Assembly (NCBI GenBank): GCA_000934665.2
Contig: JYFJ02001944.1
Coordinates: forward strand, 1 to 64,000
Length of the DNA stretch: 64,000 nt
Direction: 5' to 3'
Origin: Catajapyx aquilonaris
Lineage: Eukaryota
Shown here: positions 13,606 through 28,037 of the stretch, one piece after another
How the letters are laid out: each line of letters starts with the position of its first letter
How positions within the stretch are numbered: the first letter of the stretch is position 1
Made by a program: the position numbers and the translations under genes
The notes under the pieces: generated by a model
Told to the model about the DNA's origin: nothing
Seen by the model: only the letters and a program-made list of their open reading frames with translations
Database searches by the model: none

Positions 13606-13727
13606 CACTTCTTCGGCGGACTTAACCACTTCTTCAGCAATGTTCAATCACTTCTTCAGCAATGTTCCTCAACTTCAGTCACTTCTTCGGCAATGTTCCT
13701 CGACTTTGATCACTTCTTCGTCAATGT
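13606..13727. repeat. Short tandem repeat with CACTTCTTC(A/G)GCAATGTTC core
   Basis: Five CACTTCTTC cores at about 13606, 13627, 13649, 13680 and 13711, spaced 21-31 bp. Confidence 0.8.
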
Positions 13728-14773
13728 CCCTGTGGTGATGACCGTCCGCCAGCAGCCTCCGACCAGGATTGATGATCTCTGCCAACTCGCCTATTTGGGT
13801 TAGAAGCCAAAAAGCAAGTGTCCTCCCATGTGTGTTTCCCGTGGGGGCAGATCATCATTGAAGAGGGGGGCCCTCCGAAAGAGGAAGCAGGCGTGTCATG
13901 TTCCAAAAGCTGACTACCATTCAGCCAACAGGTGTGGTCCACCCATTTAACATCCTGCTGGCCAGCAGCATCTATTCCCCCCTCCAACTCCGGATGGACC
14001 CAGGGACCCCCATCCACCCTCCAGCTCCAAACCATACCTTTTCTGGCTTCTCTTTTTGTTGTCGGTCTGCTGCCTGTTTGGCGATCGGTGGCCTTACCTT
14101 CAGGGATAATTGCGCCACTGGTATTCATAGGTGGATAATGAGTTATCTCTCTACTGATCTGACACCTTGACCTTGTCAACCTTGATTTTTTAAAAAATCA
14201 CCACACCTCCACGAATATCACGGTCTTGCCGATTACAATCAATGGGCATTGTTGTTGAAGTCATAAGTTGGACCAATACGCATTGATATAATATATATAA
14301 AAGGCAATTTTTGTCTGTTTGTATCATGCCCATGTGCAGGAAAGCAACAATTATTTTTGTCTGTTGGGTTGCATCATACGAGGATGAAAAGTGGCCCAAG
14401 TGGAAGGGTATGGTGACCATCAATATGGTATAGGACATGAATGGTATAGCCTCGGTCGGTTGTAACATAATACCGTGGTTTGTTATGCCCTCGGACGGGG
14501 TGTGTTTTTCACATCCTGCAGAACCATGTTTCCCAGGCCATAAAAATCAAGAGAGCAAGAGAAACAGAATTGAGACAGGTTCGTCACACTGCACTTGTGA
14601 TCTACTAACATAACACAAAGAGACCACTTTTTACGACACCCCTTTTTGCAGAGGGTATTATAAACCGACCCTTTTTTATTATTTTCAATCACGTGAAACC
14701 TAAAACCGACGAAGGTCAGCTTTGTGCCCATTATTTTGGGAGTGTGCAATATAAAGGTTCATCCACCCATTAT

Positions 14774-15110
14774 TATTGCTCCACCTCTTTTGACACTTTG
14801 TGAAAGAGACAACATACCCTTCCACTTCTCAGGGTCAGCTTTGTGTCCGATTGAAAACAATGCGCACTGGTACACATCACATCAAGGTTGAGCTATTATT
14901 ATTAGTCGCACACCATCTTTATAAGCAATTTAACGCCTCTTATTGCTCCACCTCTTTCGACACTTTGTGAAAGACACATATCCTTCCACTTCTCATGATC
15001 AGCTTTGTGTGGATGCAAGACAATGAGCATTGGTACACATCATTATCAAGGTTGAGCTATTAACCTATTATTAGTCGCACACCATCTTTATAAGCAATTT
15101 CACGCCTCTT
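14774..15110. repeat. Direct tandem duplication of ~168 bp
   Basis: Both 14774-14940 and 14941-15110 begin TATTGCTCCACCTCTTT and end ATAAGCAATTT(A/C)ACGCCTCT. Confidence 0.9.
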
Positions 15111-15824
15111 TGGGAGAATAATATTAAAGCTAAGGCTTCCGGATTATAAGGATGACCTTACACTTCACCCTGTGAGTGGCAATGACTGGCAGCAAAGGGG
15201 TGTGTGCATCCTATGGTGCAACCCAAATTCCCAGCCGGAGGGAAATACAGGGTGCTTCGTCATTATTCTTGAAAAGTGAAAATTCATTGATTACATATCC
15301 AAAATTGAGTACGTAGGGTCATACAGCAATTGATGTACTCAAAGCAGGAAGAACATAAACGAGTTGTGCCTGTGGCTGTCAGTGGCACACACACAGACAT
15401 GCAGGAACACCCAAAACGACACAGAATATGCATGTATGAGGTGGCAGCCCCTCAACCCAAGTTCAGTGTCCAGATCAGGGGTCAGTCCTCCCACGCCGAG
15501 CATGCCAGGATATGGAAGTCAGAGCAAGGGTAACACTGCACAAATCATGCACTTCGAATTGCTCGCATCCTATTTGCGCAGACAGAATTTATAAAATATG
15601 CACCAGCACACACATGACCTATACCTATACTCATACTGTTCATATACTTTTGTATACGATTTCTTATCCATTAATTATTTTATCACGAATTTATTGCTTC
15701 TTTGTTTTTATACCACAGTAAGCTAATATGTGTGAATCCTCTTCCGTATTTATTATTATGAAATATGTATGTAATAAAAATGTGGGCAAGGTGCTTGCCA
15801 ATTGTTACAGGAATGATCTCATCA

Positions 15825-15870
15825 ATGTCTGATTTTATGGCTGAGTATACTCAGCCATAAAATCAGACAT
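15825..15870. repeat. Perfect 46-bp palindrome
   Basis: ATGTCTGATTTTATGGCTGAGTA|TACTCAGCCATAAAATCAGACAT. Confidence 0.95.
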
Positions 15871-18800
15871 AAAACAATTCTACTTTTCTAGCATAAAGTC
15901 GTATAGACTAAACCAAAGCTCAATTTATTTTACAATAGCGTCTATTGGACTGTTCCAAGTACAAAAATTATCGTATATATCTGAAATTCATAACCATTTT
16001 TGTCTTCTCATTTCAGGTCTTCATATCCTTTCCTCCTTAGTCACTCTTTTGGTCAGAGTACCACCCTCTATACACATGTACCGCATACAGCAATAGAAAC
16101 AATTATTTAGGAATGACCTAATCACGAGGACGACCTTGTTTACTGGCAGAGACTGCGATTGCATGACAATCGTGTGACAAAGTGGATCAGCTTTCACTGC
16201 TCCACATAAAAGCAGAAGGGTATTACCGGAAACGGACCAAAATGAGCCAACCAGCAGGCGACTCGCAGGTTGCGCACATCTGACTGAAAAAAAAACCCTC
16301 CAATTTGGACGCTTTTGTCTCTTTTTTAAAAATATATATAAAAAATAGGCATTTCCTACTCGAATTTTTTCGCAATTCGATAACGCGGGTCTTTCCAATA
16401 CCGTTATCGGTTCAAAAACACCTTCCTTACACTACGCCCAACAGAATGCGTTACCGGTACCGGCAACACGCCGCATTTCCTGCAATTAGATACGTTGACC
16501 GCCGCAGGGTCATACCCTCAACGGGTGTATTACACGGAGAGCAAAGAGATCCGGAATAGTCTCTGGAAAGATCAGGGGTTCATTGGAATTCCGGTAGTGA
16601 AGGAAGGACACCCTGCTCATGGAAATACACTTACATTTCCACCAAAATATGCAACAGAAATAATTTTAAAAAACCAGACAATTAATTTTCATGACACTTT
16701 CATGTAAACCGTGAGCTCATTACACGTAGCAGGAAGTCAGCAAGGTGACGGAAGTGTCACAGGCCGCGACATTATGAGATGATACATGGTGCTCATGATT
16801 AATGGTAATTACCTGACACCAATAAACGATATTTCCGCACAAAGCCACCCTTTAGTTTCCATACTCTAAAATATATAATTATATAAAATTTGTTAAGCAT
16901 AACTGTTAATTATTATCAAAAGTATTTAGTAACTAATACATAGGCCTATTATAATTATTGCTACTACAGTATTACCTATTAAAATTGTTGTCACTACTAC
17001 CTATATTAATGTTATTATGTTACAATCAGGCTAAATATTGATTATGCTACTAGAATATATTGGGTTAATATTATTGAAATTATTATGCTACTATTTTAAA
17101 TTAATTATGATTATTTATTCCAAAGGTTACCTTTTGCATATTGAAGTTATTAAGTAAATGTACCTATTATACCGGTATATGATAATTATGTAACTAGTTT
17201 AAAAATAAGCTACAGTATTACATTCATTAATATGTATTGAAATTATTAGTAATTAATTATAATTACGACATATTTATTTATTACACTTTACACTTTATTT
17301 ATCCTTTAAAACTTACTAATAATTAGTAAGTATTAAATGATAAAGTGTTCGGTTCAGTCTAGGCCATTTTCAATTTCTGTGATTTTTATTTGAATGATTA
17401 CAATATTTTCACTCAATGTTTTAAAGAGTGCTGGAATATATTTGAATCGCTTATGAAACGCCATGTACTATAGGAATATTTGCAAGTTGCAACATTTATA
17501 ATCTGCAGAATCCATCCCTCCCTCTTCTAAAAAAAAATGAAAAAAAGATGAGTCGATGTCCCCAATATCGTGCAGTCGAAATTTTTTCATTTCCACCTGT
17601 TTCTATCTCTGTCCTGTGTTTGTTGTGTCGTTTGGTGGGGGGGTGTGTGGAGACGGGGGTCGGCAACCGTCATGAAAGAACAGGAAGGGACCAAAAAAGC
17701 CCCCAACCCAACCATTTCCAACTGACTAGGTCGGCATTTTGTTTATTCAGACCAAACCAACTCCTCCTCACTCGTATAACTCCAGAGCTTCATATACGTA
17801 CACAGTGTATGCCAAAGTTTTTTGATCAAAAATGGCAGGTGTGGTGTGTCATTGCACCTGAGTCATATGCCAGATCCAACCATCGATTTATTAACCTCTT
17901 ACAACGTTGCGTGTGTGTATATAGTGTGACGTGAAAATGAAGGTGGGCGATCCATCAGTCACGGTTCCAGAACCGGGTTTTATTGGGTCGTATAACAAAA
18001 AAATGGGTTATCGAGTGGGTGGACTATACGTGTCAGGTCATGATGTCCACTATAGAAAGAAAAGTTCACTTCCAGGAAAATTCCTGAGAAATGTTTCCTT
18101 CGACACCATATACAAATTCTTCCGATAGACCTGGACAAACAAACAAACAAACAAACAAACAAATAAATAAAAACACACACACAGCTCCTTTGGCTCTGTA
18201 AGGCCTAAACAAATAGACATTGCCTTTTATATACATGGATGAAAAAAACCGAATCTCCGTTGTAATAAGGCCTGGTCAAAGAAATAAACAGACAAGTTAC
18301 AAACTTTGCCTTTTATAATATACACTATGTTTCCAAAGCTGGGTCAATCCAATATGTCCCCGGCTGCTGTCAGTCATCATAATATTCCCTCCAGCTCTAA
18401 ATGTTTGACATAATCCGTTTACTCTTTTTTTTTTTCAAATTAAATACTTGTCCACATGATAAATTTCCCCCCCCATAGGCTATGACAGGGACCTATCATT
18501 ACATGCCTTGGAGCTATAGACCCACCCTATACCGCCCCTACCACCCACTCCCACCCTACAAATCAATATATCCCCCTCCCCCACCCCCTGAAGCAGTATT
18601 ATGTGTTTGCATTTTCAGGTAAAACTGCAGCAAAGTCAGTTCGGCAGAGATTTTCGCAAAACCTGCACGGTAAGTATTACCCGCTTTAAAAATCACACAC
18701 AAAGAAAAAGCCGGTTGCTGGAGTCGACAATTCGGCATGTGCGCATTGCAGACAAAGATTAGGAACTGACACCATTTGGCATGTTTGCTATTTAAAAAAA

Positions 18801-19639
18801 TCATTTGGAGGTGGCAGGATATGGTGACACACTTTTTTGCACGGTCGGTCAAATTTTTAGCGAATAGTTCGCAAATTGTAATGTCAACATCGATTGAATT
18901 TTTTCCTATTGCAATGTGTGTCGAGATCGATTTTTTTGCGAATTAATTATTGCAATATCCAAGCCGGGATCGATTAGATTTTTTTTGCAGATTTTTTTTT
19001 TGCGATATGTGGCTACACATTCTTTGTGGGGGATAAAAGATTTGGCCTTGAGTCGAGGTTGAGTGAGGAAAAAGATGGAGGCAGAGGAATTCAAGCCGCT
19101 TTTGAGACGGAGGAAAAATGGTATTATTTTTGGAGGACCGTCTTAATTAGAGTAATTAATAGGCGGGTATATAAGAAGCAGGGTATGAGTACGTATGAGT
19201 ATGTGCTGTAAGGTGTGCATGAGCATGAAATTAACATTAAATAATGAGTGAAGTATACTATCTGTTTGCAAAAATATTGCCAAAACAATTGCAAACTACT
19301 GTCAAAATAATTGCACACAGTATAGCCAAAATAATCGCACACAGTATTGCCAAAATAATTGCACCTGGTGTACTACATGATCATTGCAAACATTATTGCA
19401 AAATGCATTGTAAACATTATTTCAAAAACTGCAGGATTGCAAAATTTATATTGCACTAGTATATGCACAAGTCAGATCCAACATGACAAATTTGCAGCAT
19501 GTTTTTTTTTGGCAAATTGCAAGCACACGAGTACATCCGCATCATGGCTTATTGTTATGTGGCTATATGCACATTTTTGCACTGATACGTACAGCTTGTA
19601 ACGAGTGTTTTGTTGGCAGATTGCAGTGAGGATGTTAAG

Positions 19640-20682
19640 ATGACGAGCGATGAGCAGCCCTTTGAAACCGAGGGTTTCGTTACAGTCAAGGGCATACCGA
19701 CACATGTCGTGACATATGGGAAGTGGATTGAGGATGACTTGGCCGGAGTCGACTCGCTCGTGTTCGTACTACCAGGTAAGTTCACGAAGCATGGTAAGTA
19801 CCAGGCACTAATATGTGCTGTTGCAGGCAATCCGGGGCTGGCCAACTACTACAAGATGTTCATGCACACGCTTCATAACAAGACGGGCGGTATGCCAGTG
19901 TGGGCAGTGTCGCATGCTGGACATAAGAGGCCGCCATCGGGACTTCCATTTGGCGGTAAGTACGTGGCAGTATATTCAGCGAGATCATGTAATAATTTCA
20001 TTGTCCACTAGAACGTCGGAGGATGTATGGATTGGAAGACCAGGTACGCCATAAGCTGGACTTCATCTCGGAGTATGTACCCAACCACACCCGTATCCAT
20101 CTTGTGGGGCACTCCATCGGTTGCCACCTGGCCATCGAGATTGTGAAGCGCTGCTCCTCTACACGCCTCATATCACGCAGCTACCTCCTGTGTCCCACCA
20201 TCGAGTGGATCCGGGACACTCCAAATGGACGCAAGGCAGCCATCCCCCTAAAGTACCTTCGATGGCTTATCTATGTCCTGGCCACTGTCGTTTCTGCACT
20301 TCCTGACAGCCTCAAAATGTCTGCTATTCGGTGGCACTTTGGCTCCAAGTCTGTGTCCGACGACTGCCTTTCCGCTTCAGTCGAGCTCATCCATTGGTCT
20401 GTATTGAGTAACGTGGCGTACATGGCATACACCGAGTTTGAGTCGGTTACCAATCTGGACGTGGATGCCCTTCGAGCGTACGGCGACCGGTTCTGCTTCT
20501 TCTACGTCAAAGGAGATGGTTGGTGTCCACTAGCCATGCATCAACGGCTGATCACCACGCTTCCGGATGTTCATGCGGTTGTGAGCGACGAGGGACATGA
20601 CCATGCGTTCGTACTGCAGCCGTTGTCAAGCCAGGATATAGGTGCGCTTGTGGCCGAGTGGATACAAGAGTCGCACCCATAG
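19640..20682 (+). CDS. LDAH: Lipid droplet-associated hydrolase (alpha/beta hydrolase)
   Basis: Exons 19640-19775, 19827-19955 and 20012-20682. Spliced motifs LPGNPG, HAGH, LEDQVRHK, nucleophile elbow GHSIG, PTIEWIRDTPNG, DGWCP and HAFV match the LDAH family. Confidence 0.92.
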
Positions 20683-21960
20683 CTGCTTGATGGTATAAAC
20701 AAGAATATTGTTATGTGAACCAACACTTGTTATTAACCTGCCAATAATACTGTGGGGACATGTCATTCGCAGCTAATTACTGTCAAGACCAAGAATGTAT
20801 TTTAATGTTGTACGCCCTTCTAAAGGCAATAATTATCCGCAGATAATCAAACCTTCCGTCACTCTTCGTACTTATAGTTGAAACCGATGCATTCCAGGCT
20901 GTCCAAAGTAATTGTACGATAAAAGCACAAGTTCCTTCAAACTTTTTGCCACCTTTTTGCTCAAACTTAACACACATTTCGCTTTAAAAGTGCCTCTTGT
21001 TCAAGTACACTTTTCTCAAAACTATGTACATTTCAACTTGTCCACTTCGCACCTCTACATTCCTATTTCTGTAGACGAACGATTTAAAAAAAAAATTAGT
21101 CAACATATTACCAAAGGTACGACTTGTTTTTACTCGTAAAAAAGCAAGCCTCACTCAACCTCGGTTGTGACAAACTTGTGCAATACCGCATAAGATCCAT
21201 TTGTGAAACCGCCAATTTCGCATCATTTATGCAAAAAAAATTATTGTGCGCAATAGGCTATACAGGGACAAATGCCAAAAATAGGATGTAGAACTAATTC
21301 GATATTTACCGTTGCTCTGTTGACATAATTTTTAACAAATGTTACCGTTTGTACTTCACTCCACCCTTTTAACAATGTACCAGGTATTTTATGAAAATAA
21401 AAAAGTACCGCATGATACAAGTTGGGGAAAAAAAAACTTTGTATTTATTTGTAAATTTGGGACAAAATACATTTCCACAAAAACAAAGAGGGGAAACTAC
21501 AGGTATCGATAATACATGTCATGATATGCATCACTGGACATTCTGTCGTTACTGTAAATAGGCTCAACAACCCCCGGGTATACTGAGCAAGTGCGGAGAC
21601 GACAAATTGGCTGAACCCCGATTGGAATTGAGATTAGAAAAAAAAACACTAGGTGTTAAGCCAAGATGCGAGGTATGTTCCACGTAATTGCAGCCCTTGC
21701 AATCGACCAGACGCTACCTCTCAGTACGCTTTTCCATCGCAAGCCAGATACGATTCCATCCTCTCTTAAAACCAAACCTGTCACTGGTGACTGAAGGCTG
21801 CCTTCACCCTCAGAAAAAACGAAATTTGTACAATAAATCCTTCCCTTTCGAGGGAACAAGGAGAAAAAGAAAAAAAAATACTAAATTGTACGCATTTAAG
21901 ATCAAAGAGAGCAGCCCCCGAAATACTATGTAATACTGGAGAAGAGAAAGCTGCATCTTT

Positions 21961-24900
21961 TCATGCCCTCACCACCTGCGTGCTACTGCGGTGGGCGTTA
22001 CCCCTCTTCAGCCCGTTCCCAACTGGCGATACGAGCTGCCCATGAGACCTGGTTCGGACGCCAAGAGACCCCCAATCCCGTTCATCGGTGCCCCGTCTGG
22101 GCGCCCTCTTGGATAGCAGATCCGGCATTGATCCGGAGGGAGCTACCCTGCTGCGTTTCTTAGGAGTCGGAGTTGCTGTGTCACCGTCCTGCAACAGCAC
22201 ATCAAGGCTGCGTTTGCGGCTGCGGCGTGGCTGGGAGCAGCGGCGGTTCTCCTTCTCCGGTTCGGGCTCGGGCTCCTCGGCAATGGCTTCCGGCTCAGGC
22301 TCCACTGTGCAATCCTCCTCTTCCTTCTGGTTTGGTGGCGCAACCTTCCTGAGAGCAGCCAGCCACTGCTTCTTGCTGTGCTCGCTCAAGGCAACAAGTG
22401 TGTGCGCTTGGCCAGAGATTCCGTCCCGGAAGGACACACGGAAGACGTTTTTGGCTGAAAGTGATGTTGCGTAAGCTAATTGAATGTCTGCCACATTTAA
22501 GCACACTTACTGCTCTGTCCTCGTGTAATGGCAGTCCGGAACGAACCTGCCTTCACCTGCCCGTCAGGAAGGTCTTCCACTACCAGCTGAACTTTAGGTA
22601 TAGGCTGCCGATACACTTGGTAGCACTTGCCAGGGACACGAGTCGATGCACGAGTCAGCACCAAGCCCGAGTCAAACAGGAAGAGGTGCAGCTTCTGGAA
22701 GTGGAAGACAAACTTAAGCATTGGACGACGCTCGTATGCCATTCTCAATCCAATTCGAAGTGGACAGGATACTCACGGTTCCTCTGCAGTTCTTTAGCGC
22801 TCCGGAGCACTCCAGCTGGCTGCTGTTCTTTGTCCACCATTCCTCCTCAGCCGTTGCTCCAGCTCCTCGGGAGTCATCCTCCCCACCCCCAACGAAATCC
22901 ACCTGCCGCAAAGCTGCCCTGCACTCCGCCTCTCCCGTCTTCCTGTCCACCGCCGAAATGATCTCCTCCATTTCCTCTATTGCTTTCGAAAGTATCTCCT
23001 CGTCTGGATGGCCAGCAGGCGTGTACTTTAACATCTGGCGGACAAGAATCGGATACTTGACCAGCCGCGATCTCGGTGCATCCAGAAAGGTCCACAGGTC
23101 CAGCTTTCGACTGAAGGGGGACTCGAGGCATCGGAGCAAGAAGTCCTCCAGGCGATGATCCTCGACCTTCTTGCGATCGAGCAATTCCTTGGCCCGGATT
23201 TGGTTCGAGCAGTAGGAGGTGTAAATGGCAAGGTGAGGCACCCATGAACGAATGGCAAGTCCAACTTCGGAGGTCACACTTGTGACGGGGTCACGGAGAG
23301 ATATCAGCGCATCGCGGAGGTGCTCATGCACTTGCTGAAGGGTCGCCAGGTCGCCAAATATGTCTTGAACCTGACCAGAGATGACATTAAGACGAGACAG
23401 TGACGGCTGGATTTATTAAGTGAAGCCGTTACCATTTTCCAAACCACTGAGTCGCACAAAAGAAAAAGAGAGATGTGCATTATGTGTTCACTACTACAAG
23501 TTCATGCTAATCATCATGCACTTATAAAAGGAAACGACGAAAGTAACAGTACAATTTCGCTTCAATTCGTCTTTTCATCCCAAAACTTCAACCTCTTGAC
23601 ATGTTTGTTTGTAATGTACTATCAGCGCGGAAATGGAACAGACACTTGTCAGCTTACCCCCAAGTGTCCGCACCATTCCCGCACCGATAGTACACTTGCT
23701 AAGCACCAGGCAATCATGCAATCGAGACATTACCTCTTGCTCCGTGAGTATCCCAAACTTGAGCAGAGTGCTGGCGTACGTCTCCTGCACCATGCGCAGG
23801 TCTTCAATGGTGTCAGATTCCCCCGAAGCTAGCTCGAAGATGGCTTCCTGGCGCTTCTCTTCCCTAGGGGTCAGAGATGGCGGCGGGGGAAGGGAGTTGT
23901 CCGACCCAATCCCTTTTTCTTTGACCAGAGTGGCCCAGTTCCTCTGTGGCCGCTGCCTTGCTGGAGTAGGCGGGGGTGGACGGTAGGGTGTGACGGCCGT
24001 GGTGGACCGACGCCATGTGGCGCTGGTGCATCTGCGCATCTCGGATGGGGACCCAGCAGGTGAGTTGGTGGTGCTGGCTGGCGCTGGAGGAGCAGCCAAC
24101 TCGGAAGGGTCAGGCCGGTTGCTGTGGCGGGAAGGAGCGGAGAGCCTGGAGCTGCTCATGGTACGCTGGTGGGGCGAAACAAACCAGTCAGTGTGACCGT
24201 TGCAACTGCAAGCTTACAAGTACTCACCATGATGCGCTTGGGAGTGTTTTTAATGATGTTTGCAAATGAGTTGACCCTCGAGAGGGCCTTCTTCTGATTC
24301 GGAAACATGTCAGGCCCAATGCTCAGGTCCAGCGACTTCACACTCCCAGCGTCGCTATCCCTCCGACGACGCTTCCTCTGTAACATTGAAAAAAAGAAAA
24401 ATGAGCTCACATATAGTCTAATTACACAGTTGCAGTCAGTGGCCATCACACTATTGTACATGTAAAACATTTTCAAAGACTGATATCCTGTTTTCCGTCC
24501 AGTGTCGTCTAACAGCACCCATTCTTACTGCCATTACTACGTGACACTGCTTAACGCACGGTAGTTGAACACTGATGCCTGCTTGGAGACAACGAGATGG
24601 CCGAGTCCTTTCCGGGACTAAAGTTCAAAATCCAAACCGTCGCTTGTAACTTAAAACCCGCTTCGTGGTGAGTCATGTTTTCAGCAATGATTCTGCTTTT
24701 ATCTACCCACTGCGAGTGTAATTTAAACCTCTCATTTTTGAAAAGTGATGACCAATCTGGGAACCTCGTGCTGGAAACACATGAATAAGGGAAGACAGCA
24801 GCTGCCAAGACTCTGATGGTGCACCTGACGAATTGATTAGCAAACATGAACGCCCTCAGGTCCTCCTCCAGTTAATCCAAAATTAGTCTTTTTCTGCATC

Positions 24901-26127
24901 ACCAGCCCTCAATCTGCCAGAACCTACCATTCCACTTAAAAGCACAGGCCCTGTGATCTTCCAAATCAGATCTTGTGGCACCAGCTGCTCCTGCATCACC
25001 TGTCCGAGATTACTTTTAATGATTCAGCCTCACCTGCTTCATTCATACTTTCGTCGCTGTCAGTCCAATACCTCGCATCTACGAAGAACCCAACTTTACA
25101 GGAGAAGGAAATAACTATTTCTTAAAGTACTGGCCCACAACAGAAAATCCATATTTTTAAATTTTTTAACATTTTTTTGGGTTGTCTAGGGAATATGAGG
25201 TTTTGCCAACAGATGGGGCTTGTATTGACTACTGCAAAACCATGGATAACTGGAAATCGGCCAAAGTGTGAGATACGAGGTATTGGATTGACAGCGACGT
25301 TATGCTCCTTCCCACTGCTCAATTTCTGTCACGAATGCTTAAAAATCACTGTTAAATCGATCATGCCAGTACGCAAGTTATTACAATTACATCGCTCGCA
25401 GCGGTTAAAGCGGCCACTTAAAGTGCGGTAAACCTAATGACGATCTGACGTCATCGTTTCTTCCATTGTTGCTTTTTGTTGACACTACTGTTTACTCATA
25501 TTGTTCTGTGAGGGTATTTCCATGGAAACCTTGATGACTTCAGATCCCCTTTTCGTTTTCCACACGGTGTGTACGTTTACATCATCATCATCAACATCAC
25601 GTCATTCCAAGTTTAACCCTATAGTTAACCCTATAGTTTACACGGAGAAATAATTAATATCATGTAATACACAGTCCTGAACATGCTTCACACTAATCTA
25701 CCACATCTCACGCTTGCATGTGAAGCCTGCACACCATGAACATCGTGTGAAAGTAGTACGGTCGTTAACATGTTTACAAACATGCGTACTGCACAATGTG
25801 CGAAAGTACAAACATGTTTTGAAATGCATGTATACTGCACACTGTGTTTGCACGTAACAAGTCTAAAAATGTGCGTACTGGGGCTGGACGTGCAATAAGC
25901 TGCGAGTGAGCAAGCGGCCTATATTAAAAAATTTTTTCCAGTGCGTGTCCCGCATTACGGCCCCGGCTTTTGTGATTGGGATACTTTACCAAGGAGAACT
26001 TCCTGGAGGGCTCGACTGGGTCCCACATCTCCTCCTCCGGCATCCTGCTGCTCCCTCCGCACCGCTGCAGCTGCACGACCTGCAAGCACCACAACAACCG
26101 CTCTCTTAATGTCCCAAATTTGGGCAT
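21961..26127 (-). CDS. DH-PH RhoGEF of the NET1/ARHGEF3 family
   Basis: Phase-consistent exons 26127-25990, 24377-24228, 24165-23734, 23370-22777, 22694-22511 and 22454-21961. Motifs KRQEAIFEL, YCSNQ, FLLRCLESPFSRKLDLWTFLDAPRSRLVKYP, KTGEAEC, YQVYRQPIP and LSRVNSFAN closely match vertebrate NET1/ARHGEF3 as I recall them. The start could instead be ATG 26043. Confidence 0.92.
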
Positions 26128-27917
26128 GTCCTTCACACTCTCTCCAACCTTCCTTCCCCAAACCAGGGGGCCAAATAGGTGGGGCCACAACAAGGCCCCC
26201 CCTGTTCTCATTAATTAAATAAATAGAACACACGTATACAGACCAGGTGTACTAATCAACGCCAAATGTTGGTTGCGTGGAGCAGCCCCTCCAAAGAGAC
26301 CACTTTAGGCACGGCTTTAGGGGAACCAAAACCGGTTTTGTTTTCGATTCGAACCAGCGAGCGGAAGGAAGCCGGCGGATCAAAGGAAAAAAAATGGAAG
26401 GAGAAGAGGAAAAAAAAAAAAAATGGGAGGGAGGAGAGAAACAATTGAAGGTCGACAACAAACGGTCGTCTCTCGGCCAGGGTTGGAAATAAGGTGGGAT
26501 GCGAGAGAGGACGAGTCAGTGCTGGAAATAAAGGAGTTAACTTTATATGGAACGTGATTCGAATGATATCCTGCTGTCTCATAAACTGTATAGTGTGTCA
26601 AAGAGAGATTAATTTAATGATTGGTAAATATTGGTGATGTCAACAAAAAAAACGAGGAAAAGTTTGACAATTTGTCGTCACAACTCTGTTTTTTTTCCGA
26701 TCTTTTTATTCCCCCTCTCTCTGCTGGCTGGGAATAACTCTCGGAAAATTGAGCTTTTCCGTTTTACAAAAAAAAAAAAAAAAAAAAAGTTGGTGATGTC
26801 TGAAATTTGACGTGAAACTCTCGGTTGACGCTTGAATAGTTTCCTGATCTTAATGATGACTTTATTTTATTTTATGGAGAAAGTATAGAGCCTAATAACA
26901 AAATTTGGTAGGCTATAATAAACTTGCAATCGTACATTCCACCCTCATGAATGCATGATATCTTCGATCATATCGCACATTTATTAGCACTAAGGAATGT
27001 GCATTATTGTGATAAAAAAGGCGTTTCTCACGATTGTGAACCGTATAGTGTTTTCGCTTATAATTCCAAAAATTCCTGACACGCTTCAATATAAATGTGT
27101 AAGCCTCAGATAAAAATATCCGCGGGTTTTGTAATGCCGGCTGCTGCATTAAATAATAAGTTTTGTAAAAGAAATCATCGAGTTTTAAAATCCCACAGAT
27201 TTTTATTACACTCACTACATACAGTATTGTACTGATTTTTAATTGCTGGTTTAGTTGATGTTTTGATGATTTGCAATTTTGACTTACCGTACATGTGCTT
27301 TTTTAATTATTGTAATTATTTTTATAGGGTTCAGGATTATATACCCTCTGGGGCTTCTTATTGTGCAATAGCAATACACGTAAGTCACTTTCTCATATCT
27401 CATATCTCAGTACATTCTCAGAAGTACGGAAATGCATCACCCAGGTGTCAACACTAATATCCTTCACTTTATCTCTTCACTTGGCACTCTATACTATTTT
27501 AACTATCGGTTTAACGCAACCAGAAGAGATAAATAGAGCACAAGTACGTGACAGTAATGAAGTGTCCCAGAACATGCAGAGTAAACATATTTTCGCAATA
27601 ATTGAGCAACCCAGCATTACACTGGGATGGCAACAATTCTTCACGAACGTCGTCGAACATGCAATTTTGCATGCAAAAACTTTTGCCGAAAAAAATTGCA
27701 CTTACATCTTGTTGGCCCTTTGCTTTGGAGCTAAACTTGCACAGCTAAGACCTCACATTCTCTCAAGCCTTTTGTCTTCTAACTTTTATATCGTCCTACT
27801 TGCGCGCTCATGTGTTATTCGGTTTGCAGAGCTATAAAGAGCTTGACGTCACGCTCATTATTCACGTCCCCCAGATAAAAGACACAGCCAGGAATTTTCT
27901 AGACTTGCAAATCTTAC

Positions 27918-28037
27918 CGTCGGCGCGCCAACCAGGCAGACACTTGACCCTTTCACATGACCTGGTGGTGGGTGATGCAACCTGTAGGTCTTCCTGGCCC
28001 CAGGTCGGAGTGACCTCAGAAGACTCTTGGGGGTCAT
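27918..28037 (-). CDS. Candidate alternative first coding exon of the RhoGEF
   Basis: ATG 28037 opens 40 stop-free codons (MTPKSLLRSLRPGARKTY...) ending at a phase-0 GTAAGA donor that is compatible with the acceptor at 24377. Confidence 0.5.

Noticed and set aside
13606..13727. Repeat with variable gaps superficially like a CRISPR array
   Set aside because: The gaps are short and related to each other, the context is eukaryotic and no cas genes are present.
13721..14179. 152-aa ORF in a GC-richer island
   Set aside because: No recognisable motif or splice partner; it may be a decayed element or UTR.
15300..16760. Exon-like patches with splice signals on both strands
   Set aside because: I could not build a phase-consistent coding model; possibly non-coding or decayed.
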